Assembly: GCA_002104945.1 (NCBI GenBank) | Contig: MCFH01000008.1 | Span: 992,001-1,056,000, forward strand | Source: Piromyces finnis finn | Lineage: Eukaryota > Fungi > Neocallimastigomycota | DNA: 64,000 bases | Reading direction: 5' to 3' | Shown here: positions 36,007-51,625 of the stretch, piece by piece | How positions within the stretch are numbered: position 1 is the first letter of the stretch | Layout: each line of letters opens with the position of its first letter | Notes under the pieces: model-generated | Told to the model about the DNA's origin: nothing | Database searches by the model: none | What the model saw: only the letters and a program-made list of their open reading frames with translations | Position numbers and translations under genes: made by a program

Positions 36007-39000
36007 ATTATTATCATCATCATCATCATTATTACTATTGCTATTATTATTACTATTATTACTATTATTAATATTATTATTATTATTATTATTATTAGTA
36101 GTAGTAGTAGTAGTAGCATTGCTACTATTACTATTATTATCATTGTTTATGTTGTTGTTACTACTACTACTGCTGTTATTATTATTATTATTATTATTAT
36201 TTATATTTCCATTAATTTGATAAATATTATTATCGTAACACATTTTATTTTCATAGAATTTTTCAGAACTTTCATTGGAGTATTTAGTATTTAGGAAATT
36301 TATATTTTTATTTGAATTATAATTTACATTATTGGATTGGTTAATGTATTGATTGGTAATATTCATATTAGTTATATTGTTATTGATTTCCTTGTTACAT
36401 CTTATTTCTTTATTATTATTATCATTATCTTTTTCGTTTGAAAGATTAAATTCTTTATTTTTTTCAATTTGGCTTATTATTGTTTCATTTGAGATAATTT
36501 TATTTTGGATATTGTTTTCTTGGCCATTAAAATTTTCTTTGTCATTATTTTCATGTATATTAGAGTTATTTATTTCGGATTTCGACGTTGAAGTATTCAT
36601 TTCTTTTTTATTATTTTCTCCAGAATCAGTGTGAATTGTATTATTATCAATTGTATTTTTGTTACTGCTTTGTGAATAATCATACTGGTCAGTCTTATCT
36701 ACTGAATTAATGATTTCATTTCCCTTAAAATTATTTAAGCTTTCATTAATTGCTTCATTTTGAATCGAATTATCATAAATATATTTATAGTTACTATTTA
36801 TTAATTGAGTATTTTTGGTATAATATTTATTATAATTATTAATATTAATCATTTGAGGATTTTGAGAGTTTAAATTTTCATAATTATTGTATATATAATT
36901 ATTATTCATTTTAACTTTATTATCATTAGGTAAATATTGTGCATCTGATTTATATCCTTTTAATTCTTCTTTTTGTTGTAATTTCATCATTAATTTTCTT
37001 TGTAATCTCATTCTAAGGTTATTATTTGAATTTTGGTTTAAATAACTAGAATCACAACTTAAAAGATTTGTACTTGAAGATGAACTACTCATTGACATTG
37101 ACATTGACATTGATGGGTTTGGAGTAACATATGGATTTTGATTTTGATGTATATTTCTATTAGGATGATATTGCATCATCATCATTTGATAATTTGATGA
37201 ATTATTCATATTTGATACCGCCGGTGATATTGAAATTGAAGATGTATTTGGAGATAACTGATTTGACATCATCATTTGATTTTTACTATTAGGATCTCTA
37301 TAATTAATTTGTTGATATGAATTTGACGAATTATTTTGGTTATTTGATTGTTGATAATTATATTTTTGAATAGAATTACATTGATAATATGCGTTATATT
37401 GAACTTGAGGATTTGAATATATTTCTTGTTGTTTTGGAGGGTAGTATTGAGATTGCCTTTGATTCTGTAAATTTTGACCATTTTTTTGATTATTTATTGG
37501 TGTATTATAAACGGGTAATGTTTTTTTAATAGCCATTTTTTGTCTTTTAATTGGTTGAATATAATTTTTTTGGATTGTAGAGACTTGACAATTCATTTGG
37601 TAACCATTTAATTGAATATTATATGGTGTTTGTATTATTTGTGGATTATTTACTATTACTTGTGACGCTTTATATGGCATTTTTGCATTACTATAATATT
37701 CATCATCTTTTTTATAAAATATTGAAGTATAATTTAATATTAAATAAAAAAAAATTATAAATCCTTTAATTATAACTTACATGAATACTTTATATTTCTT
37801 TTTCTTTTCATATCTGATTCTTCATTGTCAATTTGGTTATTATTATTATTATAATTTGTTTCTATTATAAAAATTTAAAAAGTAAATTAATATTTCTTTT
37901 AAAATTATATAAATTATATATTGTTATTTTTAAAACCTTCATATTTTATTTCATTGTCTATTTCCATATTTTTGTAATATTTTGATTTTGAATCTTCATT
38001 TTTTATAATATCATCTTTTTTATATGAATAATTCATATTATTATTATTTTCATTTAATATTTCTGATGAATTTTCAATGGAGTTTTTGTTACCAATATTA
38101 CTTAATTTAATTTCATTAACGTGGATAGCTTTTTCATTATCTAAGTATTCTAATATATATATATATGTTTAATATTGGAAAATTATATCATTATAAGAAT
38201 TATATTATGTATACCTTTTGATTTATTTTTATTATCCTTATTTATCATATAAACTAAAGAAGAAATGTTATTTATATCATTATCTAAAGGAAATTTAACC
38301 CATTTATCAACATCATCTTTTATTAAATTATTATCTGAATTTTTTACTGCGATTTTTGAAGATGCTTGTCCGTTATAATCATTATATATTAAATCCATTG
38401 AATTTGATATATCAGAAGAAAAAATACCATTATTTATATATGAAGATGAATTGGATGAATTTCCATAATACTCATTTGACAAATTATTTATATTTTGGTC
38501 TAATGAAAATGATTTATTAATATCTAAATACTTTTTAGAAATATCTTTTTTATCATTTAGTATTTCATTTTCCTTTTTAAATTCAGTTGATGATGAAATG
38601 CTGTATGTAGCATTCTCATATATTGATGGATCGTATAAATTCATCGTTGTTAAATCTGTTCTATTGTTGTTGCTATTATAATTAGCACTATTGTATAATG
38701 ATGAGATTGAGGAATAAGTGTTATTAATTTCATTCATTTGATTATTAAATGAGTAGGAATAAGGAGTTGATGATAAATTATAATTTATATAATTTTTTTC
38801 TTGAATATTAAAATTATTCATTTTATCAGTATTGTTAGAAAAATTACTATTATTAATAACATTTTTATTAATATCATCATTTCTATATACTAAATTTTCT
38901 CTAAACATATTATTTTTATTTTTAACATTTAAATCCATTTCATTAATTAATATGTTTTTATTTTTATTTAAAGATTCTACTGGGAGATTTTCTATGTTTT

Positions 39001-40114
39001 CAATTTTATTTTTATTACTTGTAGTATTTTCTAATTGTCAATATTAAAGAAAATGTTTATAAAAATATTATTATTAACTCTTAACTATTATAAGTAAAAA
39101 AATTAAACAATTATTTGTATTACCTGTATTGATTGAATATTGGTTATTCATGTCAATTGTATTATTTGTATTATCTTCTTTATTTTTAGATTTTTTTATT
39201 GAATTTTTTCTATTTATTTTAATATTTTTATCATCATTTTGCTTTTTATTATTCATTAATTCTGAATCTAATTCATTTTTATATGTATATTTTTGTTTTT
39301 CCTTTTTTTCTTCCTTAGCCAATTCATTATTTATTTTATTTATTAATTTTTGCTTCTTTAATTTTTCAATATTTTGAGTTTTATTTATTTTTTTATATTC
39401 TTCTATTTTATTATTTTCATTAATACAAGAATTGAATCTCTCATTTTTCTTTTCATTTTCCTCAATTTTATTACTTTCTGAGATTATATTATTATTATTG
39501 TAATCATTTTGATCATTAATACTTTTTATATTTTCTTTTTCCAATAATGAAGCATTTTTTGGTATTAAATCTAACTTTAAAGTATTTTCTGAACTTTCTT
39601 CAGTAATATTATTAATTGATAAATTATTTTGAATATTATCATTTTCATTAGTATTATCATTTGTTACATCTATTTTTAATTTTAAGTTGTTTTCATAAAA
39701 AACCTTTTCATTACTGACTTCTTTATTTTTAGTTTCAACAAAATCGTTTATTTTTTCATTTTTATGAGATTCATTATTATCAGAATTGAAAGTAAATTCA
39801 CTACTACTACAACTACTATATGTTCCACTAATTTCGTTATATTCAATGTTTTTTATATTTAAACTTACATTACTATTTATTTTTTCCAATGGTTCAATAG
39901 AAGGAAGTATTAAATTTTCAAAATATTGTGTTTTTTTATTGTCTATTAGTGATTTCTGTATATTTGTATCGGCATTTTCAGTTGTTGTATCAAGATCATT
40001 AAAAATTTTAGTGGTTTTTAATTTATTGAAATATTTTAATATTTTTGTAGAATCACAATCTTTAGAATCATTCACATTTTCAGAACAACTTGCTAAGCTA
40101 TCTTGACGTAACAT
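34816..40114 (-). CDS. Large (~1,650 aa) low-complexity Asn/Gln/Ser-rich protein with no recognised domain; 5 predicted exons
   Basis: ORFs 39074-40114, 38183-38938 and 34816-37680 plus two small exons (~37937-38149 and ~37781-37861) join in frame through canonical GT-AG introns. Confidence 0.65.
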
Positions 40115-40445
40115 TATTTATATTTTAATCTTTTGTTAATAGTTTATTTATTTTCTATAAATCTTATTAATATAAATTTTATTATTATTTGAATAAATTA
40201 TTAAACAAAATGTAGAAAGATATGAAATTATAAATATATAAAATTCACTAAATAATATGACACTAATGTATATTCAGAAATGAATAAAAAAAATTGATTT
40301 GTTTAATTATAATTGAAAATGATATTATAGAATAAATATAAAAAAATGTTCCATGTATTTAATAATGATTATTGAAAATGTAGATTAACTAAGTATTAAA
40401 TGAATGAACATATTAAAAATTGTTAAAGAATTAATCTAAAATAAA

Positions 40446-40476
<31 letters not shown>

Positions 40477-42507
40477 CTGAAATGAAAATACTATATTTAA
40501 TTGTTAATAATGATTAAATATTAATATTATATTTATGATAAAAAATATGTCAATTGAAATGTTACTGCAGTTTTCTAACTTTGAATAAATGTTACTATTT
40601 TTATTGTAATTCTATAAGCTTGTTTAAATATATTACTTTTCATTTCATAATAATAATAATTACCATTATAATTTATAAAATGAAAAATAAAATAAAAAAA
40701 AAATAAAAAAAAAAGATATTGTATAAGAAAAATATTTTAATTATAATTTTATTAAATATTTAAAAGAGAAAGGAAAACCTTTTTTACTAATTAAATAAAT
40801 ATTTTAAGTTTTATATTTTTTTTTCCGAGTAATTAAAACTTTTTAAACAAATAAAATTAAAATAGTAGATTTAAGTTTTATATAAATCTTTCAAAACAAA
40901 ACAAAACAATAAAAAAAAAGTAAAGTAAAAAAAAAACTTTTCGATGCAATAGTATACTAAATATTATAAAATTATGGCGTTCTTATATATATTTTTAAAA
41001 GTATTATATATTTTTAATATTTAATATATAATTTTGTATTTTTCAAATATATTCAAGTTTTTTTTTTTTTTTTTAATATTACATTCACTAAAAAAGTTTA
41101 ATTTTCCTATTGGATATAAAATTTTAAAACTTGCATATGTAAAATTTAAATTTCATTTAAAAAACGAAAAGGTAAAAGGAATTTTAAACTTTAAATATAT
41201 CTTTTTTTAAAAAATGTATATTATAATTGCATGTTCTTTTCATAATATATTGTACAAAAACCAAGTCTTTTATATTTGAATGCACTATATAAGTATTCAC
41301 TTAATAAAATTTATAATTTTCTTTTTTACTTTTTTTTAATTCTAAAGTTTAAGCTTAATTATTTTATGAGAGAATTTATTTATTTTAAAAAAAGGCAAGT
41401 TATTTTATTATAATATTTTAAATAATTGATACATAAAATTTTATATATATCATTATCATTAAATCATTATAGTTTTTAATCATCAATATGTTCTTTAAAT
41501 ACTAAAAAAATTTTAAAGTATTTTTTTATTAGAAAAGTAAATAATTCTTTTTTTTAAAAAAAAAAAATAAAATTATCATTTATTATTTCTATATATTGTT
41601 CATTGTTCACATTGTTAGCTTATAATAATTATGTATTTTATAATTGCAATTAAAAAATGAAAAGTATATTTCGTTTATTGATGTGTAATGTTAGTTGTTA
41701 ATAATTAAATATTTTCTAATTTTTTGATTTTATTTATATTCAATATATATAATATGAAATATGTAACAAATATTTCATATTTAAAAGTGTTGAAGTGTCC
41801 TTTTTCATAAAATTTAATAATAAATAATAAAAATATATAAAGATTTTAAATATTATAATATTTAAAATCATTTCATAGAGTTTGTGACATTAAAAATTTT
41901 TTATCATAAATTTAATTTAAATATTATATTAATAAATACAATTAAATAATATTTATTTAAAAAGTAAAAAAAAAAAAAAAAAAAAAAACCAAAAATTATA
42001 TGTAATAAAAATAAAATATTAATATTCAACAACAAACATCTATAGTATTTTTTTTTTAATTTTTAAATTTTATATTTTTATTACTTCTTTCTCTCTGTTT
42101 AATATTTAAACATAAATATACTATTTAAAATATTCTTTATCATAAAAGTTCTTTAATAAACTATAATATTATATTAGAAACTAAATAGTTGAATAATAAT
42201 TAGAATAATTAGTTTTTTTAATAACATAATAATAAATTAATTATTTTTGTTAGAAAAGGGATATAAATTTCTTTTTATTTATAATTAGGTGAATGTTTAA
42301 TACAAAATTTTATTCTAATTCGAATTAATTTTTATAAGCAAATTAATTTTTAAATATTTTTTTAATTACATTTTTTATTTATGTTTATTTATAATTAACA
42401 ATTTTTATATATTAATTTATATATTTATGTATATATGTATTTTTTGTTTAATTTATAAAAAGTAGATTCAATTTCAAATAATAGTAATACAAAATTTAAA
42501 TATTAAA

Positions 42508-44280
42508 ATGAGTGTATGTATACAAACAATATATAAAATCATATTGGAAATCTATTCTAATGATTAATATAATATAAATAATATATTCATTATATTTTAA
42601 ATTGAAGAGCTTTAAAGCTTTAATGCAACAAGCAGAAAAAAATCAAAATGAATATGATAAACACTTAAGAAAAATTAATAGGCAATTAGAACAAGATGAA
42701 AAGAGAAAAAAAGTTGAAAATGAAAGAATAAGAAGAAAGGAAGAATCTCTAAATAATTTTAAAAAACTTGCGAAATCATTACCAAATGATTGTAATTCTA
42801 TTTTTAATTCTATTTTTGTATTTCTTTTTCATTTATTTAAAATTGAAAATTAGAATTAGAATTCTTATACAAATGATTTATATTATTTTATTTTTTTTAA
42901 TATCATTATTTTAAAGTTCAAAAAAATAAAGAAAAAAGAGATATTAGTCATTCAAAAGCACTTTCAAAAGATGAATCATCCATGAATAAAAATTTAAAAG
43001 AAAGAAATCCGTTATTTGCTACAAAAATAAAGAAAATAGGAGAATCTAATAATATTGACTCTAAAATTTCAAAACCTAAAATTGAACATAAAAATAAGAG
43101 CAATACACTTCATTCTAAAAAGCATTTAAGTTTCAAGGATTTAATGGAAAAAGCAAAACATAATGATATTTCAAAACCTGTCATAAATGAAGTTGCAGAT
43201 TTCAAGGAAGCAAAAAAAGCATTAAAAAATTCTTCTGGAAGAAAAAAATATAAAGATGAAATTGATGATGATAGTGAAAGGGAAAGACGTAATTCAAAAA
43301 AGAAAGTTAATAAAAAAGAGTCTAGACCTTCACCAGTCGTTAAAAAAAGTAAAAAAGAATTATTAAATGAACAAATGGAAAAAAGAAAAAGAGAGAAAGA
43401 AAGAAACTTGAAAGCTTATGATGGAAGTAAAGATAGAGTTGCACAAGAAAGATTAAATATACTTAAATCTCGAGGTATATATAAACCTGTAACCTCAAAA
43501 ATATCTCAAGAAGTAACTGAAATGGTTAAAAGATTAGAAAACAATAGAAATAATAATCAAAATCAATCATCATCTATACCATCTATGGAAAAATCATCAT
43601 CTAAAATAAATAATTCAAAGATAAAAAACGATAGTAAATACGAAAGTCGTGATAGTTATAATAACAATTCTAAAAAGCATTCAAGATATGAAGAAAGTGA
43701 TGATTATGACTCTGAATATGAATATGAAAGACGAAAAAGACAAACAGGTACAATTAAAGTTTTTTTTGATTAATATTTTTTTTTCTGAATACATAATAAG
43801 TGTTTATTATATTTTCATTTATAATAAGACAATAAAAAGAAGGTCAAAAAGGTTAGAGGAATGTATGAAGATTATGATGTATATGATGAAGAATATGTTA
43901 ATAATAATGTCTCTTCTATTATTGGAAATATTTTTGGATATAACAGAAATAGGTAAATTTGATGATATATAATGTATATAATAAATATTAAGTTATTAAA
44001 TAATTTTTTTTCTCTTAATTGTTTTTCAAAAATAGATACAGAGATGAGGAAGATATTGACGATATGGAAGCAGGTTATAATGATGTTAAGAGGGAAGAAG
44101 CTAGAAGGTTTGTTTTCTAAAAACATTTATTTTATTTTTGATTTATTTAATATAATTTAGTAAACATAATATATTTTTTGATATAATAGTTTGAGAATAG
44201 CTAAAAGAGAAGATGAGGAAGAAGAAAAACTTGAAAGACAAAGATTAGAACGATTAAGTAAAAGGAAAAGAAGGGATTAA
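42508..44280 (+). CDS. SPT2: SPT2-like chromatin protein
   Basis: Two-codon first exon (MS), then SFKALMQQAEKN. C-terminal SPT2-type segment VSSIIGNIFGYNRNRY...DDMEAGYNDVKREEARSLRIAKREDEEE. Confidence 0.88.
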
Positions 44281-44703
44281 AAATCAATTAAATAATTATC
44301 AGTATTATCTAAAATTTAAACTAAAATATTAATTAAGAATGGGAATACATATTTATTAATTTATTTTATTTTTATTTTTATTTTTATTTTTATTTTTTTA
44401 CAATCTTTATATTTTTTAATTTATTTTAATTTTTATGTATTTATTCAAAAATTTTTATTTAAAACTATTTAATATTATTGTTATCTATAATTTTTGAAGA
44501 AATTTATGATTTTAATATCATTATATCCCAAAATTTTAAAAATATTTATAAAAACACTAAAAAACTTAAAAATAATAATAATAATATAATAATAATCAAT
44601 AATAAATAAACTATTAAAAAAAAAAAAGTATTACATATAATTTATTTTTTCCCTATTTACTATTATTTACACTATAATAAATAATTAGTGCTAAATTTTA
44701 ATG

Positions 44704-44738
<35 letters not shown>

Positions 44739-44908
44739 TTATTTTCTCCAGTATTGTGCCCATTGATGAATTTTTTCAATCATTTGTGGGAATAATGCAT
44801 TTACACTTTCTTCAATAAGTGTTTTGAAGAATTGATTAGCTTGTTCTTCCGGTAGATTGACTTGAAATCTTTCTTGTACCTAATTAAAGATTTATTTATT
44901 ATATAAAA

Positions 44909-44978
<70 letters not shown>

Positions 44979-47126
44979 TACTTTCATAACAGCTTTATCA
45001 GGTTCTATTGCAATATCCTTGATATTAGCATCAACCATTAATCCAAAAAGATTTAATATTAAATTTGAATTTTTTCTTAAAATACTAAATGTACTAAAAC
45101 AAAAAGATCTAAAACATTGGTAATGGGTTGAAGCAGCACCACCCATAGCTTCTACCATTTCTTTACAAAGTTTCATTGGAGGTGGGAATGGTTTTGGATC
45201 TCTTCCAAGAATATATCCAAAATCTACATGGAAAATATTTCCAGAAGTAGTCATTAATAAATTATCTAAATGTCTATCACCAACACCAAGAAGATACGAA
45301 ATAACACAATATCCCGCTATATATATATAAAGAAACAAAAATAATAATTAATAAATAAAATTTATATGATGCAAAATAACTATAATTTTATAATTATTTT
45401 AATATAGTTATATTACCACAACTTTTAATATATGTGTCCATTGCCCCAACCCTTATATTATAAGTTCCTGGAGATGTATCATCTGGATTGAATTTTCTTA
45501 AGAATGTCTGTATACTATTATTATAATTTGAAATAATTGTTGCTAATGAATATGAACTTGGTACAAATTGAATTAAACCTAATAAATGATTTTAAATTTT
45601 AAATTTATAAATTTTTTTATAAGTTGATATTAAATTTTATTTATAAAATTTATATTGAAAAAAAAATTATTAAAGTTTAATATTACCTTGATCTAATCCA
45701 GTTGGCAATACTTTGTAAGGTGTAAGTTTTAAATCTAAATTTTCTTTTTTTAATAATTGATCCATTAATGTAATAATTTGCATTACTAATTGATCCTGTC
45801 TTAAATCATCACCAATTTTAAACATTACAGGATATTCTGTTCCATCAACACATCTAAATGTTAATCTTAATGGCATTAGACTACTTGAGAAAACACTTGA
45901 TTTTTCTTATTTAATAAATGTAAATATATTTTTTAAAAATTTATTCTTTTTTAATTAATTTAATCTAAATAAACTTGTAAGTATAATTAAAATAAATAGG
46001 TGTAATAAAATAATAATAAATACCAGGTATAATTCCTGTAACTTCAATAGTTGCATCAATTGGTAATGGAAGAGGACTTATATCTGCAAGTCCATTTTTA
46101 GGATCACTTATATATTCTTTTAACATTTCCATCTAAAAAAAAAATTTTTTTTAATATATTTATATTTTAATTTTTTCATTTTTATTACTAAATATTGAGT
46201 AAGTTATTATTATATTTATATTTTAGTTAATTACTTTTTTTGCTTTAGATTCTTTTGATAATCTAATTTCATTTGATATATATTTTAATGTATCAATTAA
46301 TTCACCTTGTCTTCTAAATATATCTCTTCTTTGAATACCATCAGGTACCTTTATTATTTTAATAAATTTTAAATTTTTATAATAATGGAATATTAATCAA
46401 TTTATTAACTTTCTAATAGTTATTAATAATTATCATTTTTACCTCAAGTAAGGATGTCAAAAATTGATATATTATTTTTCCGTACATTTTTGAATAATCA
46501 CCTTGTTCATATTCCACACCAACAACCAAATACCAATAAAACGAATTACCTAATATTGGATTGTTGATTGCTCTTTGAACTAGAAAATCCGCTAATGTTG
46601 ATTCAACACCTTGCTCCCTTTCTATATTTTCAAATTTTAATGCTTGAACTAATTGTAATAAATACAATTGTAAATCCTATATTATATTATATTAAATTAT
46701 ATTATATTATATTATATTATACTTCATCAATTAAATAAAAATTATAAATTTCAAAATTCAATTTTAAAAATTTACTGAGTCATTAGCCTTTTTCAACTGG
46801 AGAACAGCATATCTACGGACGTTGGTATTTTGGAAATCTTTTCCTAAAAGTTCTAATGCATCTTCTACATCGATATCATTCCATTTAACCAGAAGATCAA
46901 CAGCTTGTTTGGCTTCATTTGGGTCTGACCACATTACACATTTTAAAAACTTTGTTACTGCCTAATAAATTAAAAACAATATAATTAATAATAATAAAAT
47001 AATTAATATATTTTCTATTATTATTATATTACTTTTTTATCACGAGTTAGATAATTCCTGAATTTCCATAGTAAGTTTTTTTCTTCACTGCTTAAAATAT
47101 GGGTTGGAGGGTATTTTAATATTTTC

Positions 47127-47176
<50 letters not shown>

Positions 47177-47918
47177 ATTATTATATTTTAAGATAATTAA
47201 TATAAGAAATATAATATAAAATAATAATAATTATGTACATATAATATATATATTTTTTTTAATTTCAATATTAATATTAGATTTTTATGGTATACCTGTA
47301 ATTCGTCTCTTATTTTTGCATTAGGTTTAATATCAATATTTAAGCAATGCCCTCTAACAAGCTTACGGTGTTTCTCTTCAACTAAATTTTCTCTGAATGA
47401 TTCTGGATCCACTATTTTAACAATTTGGTGAGTTTTTGATACAAAGGAAATGGATGAAGGAATTGAATATTTCTATTATTTATTATTAAAATTATAAATT
47501 ATAAATTTGTTATATTAATAAATTCAACCTCAAACATGAAATATAATTTCCATTATTATTTTTGTATTTACTTTTTCATTATACAAAACGGGAAAATCAA
47601 ATTGAGGTAAATCAATATACATATACAAATTTGGAGTATCTATACAATCTTCCTATAATATTTATTTACTAGTTTTAGTTTTTTATTTTTGCAAATCATT
47701 GATTTATTTGATTATTGTTATTATTATATTAAAATAGTAAATATATGATTAAATATTACAAGAAATATTTCATCAATTTTTTTAAAGGTTATATTATCAA
47801 GCCATTCTTTTTTTGGAATATCTCCTCTATCATATTTTCTTAATAACTTTTTTTTTTTTCAATTAAAAAAAAGAAAAAAAAAAAGAAAAGAAAAGAAAGA
47901 AATTAATATAAGTACTTA

Positions 47919-47955
<37 letters not shown>

Positions 47956-48910
47956 AAAGAAAAGAAAAAAAAAAAGAAAAACTTTTTTTAAAGAAAATCA
48001 TAATGAAATCCCAAATTTCTAAATATTAAATTACTTTATTAAGTTTATCCATTTTGGTTGGATTATTATTTTTACTTAAGGTTTTAGAATTATCCATTCC
48101 ATCTCCTTCAATACCGGGATAAACTAATAAGCGATGTTTTCCTGTTTTAAGAACACTAAAATATAATGATTTCAATATATATTTATATAATTTTATATAA
48201 TGAATTGAATACTTTTCACATACTTATTTTTGCTAAACAATCTAAACGTACTACCTCCAACAGGTATGGACTTATTTGATGAATATGCCTTCCAAATGGT
48301 GAAATTTAGTTGAGAATTTAATGGTAAATTTTTATATTTAATTGGAATTTCTAACCATTGATTCCAACTTTTTATAGAATAAAAGAAATAGACAATTAAC
48401 ATAAAATAATAATAAGATAAAGCAGCAAATAAATTAAATCTTACATCCAATGAAGATTAAATGAGGTATATGAAGTTTGGACTGGAAGTAACAATGGTTT
48501 ATTATCACTATATAATTGACATGTTACATATAATTCAGGAATTTCATCACTATATAAATAAAATAGATATTAGAAATTTGTTTCAGAATTTTCTTAATTT
48601 TTATTAATTCAAATTAAAAAATATCTTATATTCAAAAAAAAAAAAAAAAAAAAAAAAAAAGACACACACTTTTTATTTAAAAAAGAATATTTTAAATATG
48701 GATCTTTTAAAATTTCTGTAATTGGTCTGTCTTTAATATTTCCTATAATTGAAAGACTTTATAAAGTTATTTATACTTAATAAATTTCAACAAATTTCAA
48801 ATTAGATTTCTGTTAAAAATTCTTTAAATATAATTTTACATTTTAATTGTCAACTTTAAATCGACTTCTGATGTTAAAAAATGTGTAAAATCTTTATCTT
48901 GAGTTGTCAT
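44739..48910 (-). CDS. VPS34: Class III phosphatidylinositol 3-kinase Vps34; multi-exon
   Basis: C2 domain ([19 protein letters not shown]), helical domain ([12 protein letters not shown]), kinase motifs [53 protein letters not shown]; ends HQWAQYWRK*. Confidence 0.98.
44909..44978. repeat. Intronic (ATT)n microsatellite in Vps34
   Basis: Read directly; inside the last intron. Confidence 0.95.
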
Positions 48911-49571
48911 TGTTAATATAGTTTATATTAATTGTTTAAATTTATTATTATACTATGATTTATTATACATTAATTTGATTCTTAATATTCTTTTTTTTAA
49001 AAATTCATTTGTATGTAAATATAATAAATATTTTATCTTTTTCTTTTTTTTTTTTTTTTTTTTCTTCTTTCTTTTATTTATTAATGCTAATGATTTTGTC
49101 TATAGATTTTTGTATATTATATATTATAATATTATGTGGTATATATTCTAAAAGTTTATAATAGTAAATTATTTACTTTTAATTATGTAAATTTTATATA
49201 ATTAATAAATTAATTTTTTTGTAACAACTTGATTTTTATTTTATATATATTAAAAATAAAGTCAAAAAATAAGGTTATAAAATAAATAAATAAATAAATA
49301 AATAATAATAATAATAGTAATAATAATAAATAATTAAAAAAGAAAAGAAAAAAAAAAAAAAAGTAATTTAAAAAAGTATGTTTACAATTATATAATTTAG
49401 ATATTGAATATTAAATAGATTTAATGATATTATTTCTAGGAAATGCTCTAATTACAAAATTTGATATATTAATAATAAATTTTTATATTTAATTTTCTAT
49501 TTAATATAAAAAATATGATAATAATTATAAAATATAATTAAAAAACATTAAGAATATTTATCAAAATAAAT

Positions 49572-51625
49572 ATGAGAATAAAACAAAGAATTATATTTAT
49601 TGTAGCAATATTAGTATTTCTTACAACAAGTTTTTATTTTTTAAATTCAAATATTAAAATAAATTCAGATTCAAATGGCTTCAAAAATATTAAACAATTT
49701 AAATTAAATATCGAAGATTATTCGAGTTTTACAAATAATTATTGTCAAGCAAATTTCCCTGAAGAAGAAGAATATGTCAAGCCTGTAAAGATTGTTTTCA
49801 TAAATAATAATTATTATATATTTAAAACAATGAAGCCTAACAATTTAATTTGAAATTTCATTTTAATAATTTAAGAAAAATGCTAAACTTATAATGGTTC
49901 ATATTATAACAAGACATGGTGATAGGTATACTATTAAATTTTAATAATAAATAAACAAAATAATACAATATAATTTAAGAATTAAATATATAATTTTAAA
50001 TTAAATAATATAATAATTGATTTTTAAGAGCACCAACTCATTCTTTACCAAATGAAAATATTTCTTGGAATATTTGTAATTATGTTGAAGAAAATAAAGT
50101 ATCATCAATACCAAATTTTGTAGTCAATAAGAAAATAGATATTGATTCAATTCATAATCCATATGCAAAACAAGTTTACTGGGATGGAAATTGTGGAATT
50201 GGACAATTAACAGATAAAGGAATCAAACAGCACAAAACATTAGGAAGTAAATTAAGAAAAATATATTTAAACGATGATTATGACCAAAATCTTAATAAAG
50301 TTACTGTTGAAGAATGGTTTTGGGGTGTTACTAGTATGAGTAGAGAAGAATATGAAAAAGAATTAAATTCAATTAATATTGGTGGACGTATATGGGCGAA
50401 AAGTACTGAAAGCAGGTAATAATATCTATTTTCATCTCTATTATTCATCCAGTATTATGTTAAATCTATCTTTTTATTTATTTATTTATTTATTCATTAA
50501 TATTTATTTAACCATTCATACAGTCGAACCATGATATCGGCTCAATCATTACTTAGTGAGTTTATTCCAAATGCTAAAAATATTACATTAAATATTGCAC
50601 CAAGATATCTTGAAATGTTAACACCAAATGCCCATCCATGTCGTAGATTAAAAAACTATACAAATAAAATGAAAGAATCATATCAATATAAACAAAAAGT
50701 TAAAGAAACTAAACATGAATTCGAAGTTATAAAAAAACTTCTTGAAACTGAAAATTCTGAACTAACTTTCGAACGGTATTTTGATTCTATACAAGGAAGA
50801 AGATGTTGGAATAAACCTATGCCATGCTCAAAAGATGGTTCAAAATGTATTAACTTATCTTTAGCTGAAACAATTATTGATATGGGCAATTGGGAAAGAG
50901 CCTATCAATATAACATAAGAGGATGGGATGGTGCAGTAGAACTTGCTAAAATGAGAGTGGGTCCAATTCTTATAGAATTCCTCACTAATATGTTGAATAA
51001 AATCAGAAATTTAGATGATCGTCGTTTCTTACTCTATTCAGCACATGATAGTACAATATCTGCAATTCTAGGTGTGTTAATAGATAAGCCACTCCATTGG
51101 CCAGGGTAATTATTACAAATTAATACATAATATTTATTAATTTTAATGTTAAAACATTTTTATATTTTTATTCTTTAATAATAATAATTACTCGATTATA
51201 TTAATATTTGATTTAATAATAAATGAAATTAAAAAAAAATCTTTTTCTTCATATTTTAATGATTTTACAGATACGCATCTAGTTTTATTATTGAACTTTG
51301 GAAATCTGAAGAAAATGATGATAATAAATACTTTTTTAGAGTAATATATAATGGAAAGCCAATAAAAATGGCTTGGTGTAATGATAATTTACATAAAAAA
51401 AACTTAAATAATAGCACAATCTATGAAAAAGAAAGTTTTAATAATCATAAAGCAAATGAGGTAGAATATGAAGACATATCTTGTAATACATTAGAAAATT
51501 TAAAGAGTTATCTTCAAGATACATTAAATTTAACAGTTGATATTGAAATGGATTATAACAAAGAATCAACTTTCATTCCATCATTAATATATGATGTTGA
51601 TCAAGAATGTAATAAGGATAATTAA
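49572..51625 (+). CDS. Histidine acid phosphatase (branch 2) with N-terminal signal/anchor
   Basis: Hydrophobic N-terminus IIFIVAILVFLTTSFYFL; catalytic RHGDRAP split by an intron; GQLTDKGIKQH; YSAHDSTI; HWP...ELW...FRVIYNG. Confidence 0.92.

Noticed and set aside
35315-36634. ORF-track hits rich in poly-Leu, poly-Ile or Phe (also 11057-11440, 39129-39377, 39786-40106, 57780-58010, 60840-61049)
   Set aside because: Antisense or off-frame readings of (AAT)n tracts and of Asn/Lys-rich coding exons; not genes.
40115-42507. Long intergenic regions (also 51626-53211 and 55355-57016) as possible transposon or ncRNA sites
   Set aside because: No terminal repeats, transposase/RT remnants, tRNA cloverleaf or snoRNA box pattern could be supported by eye.
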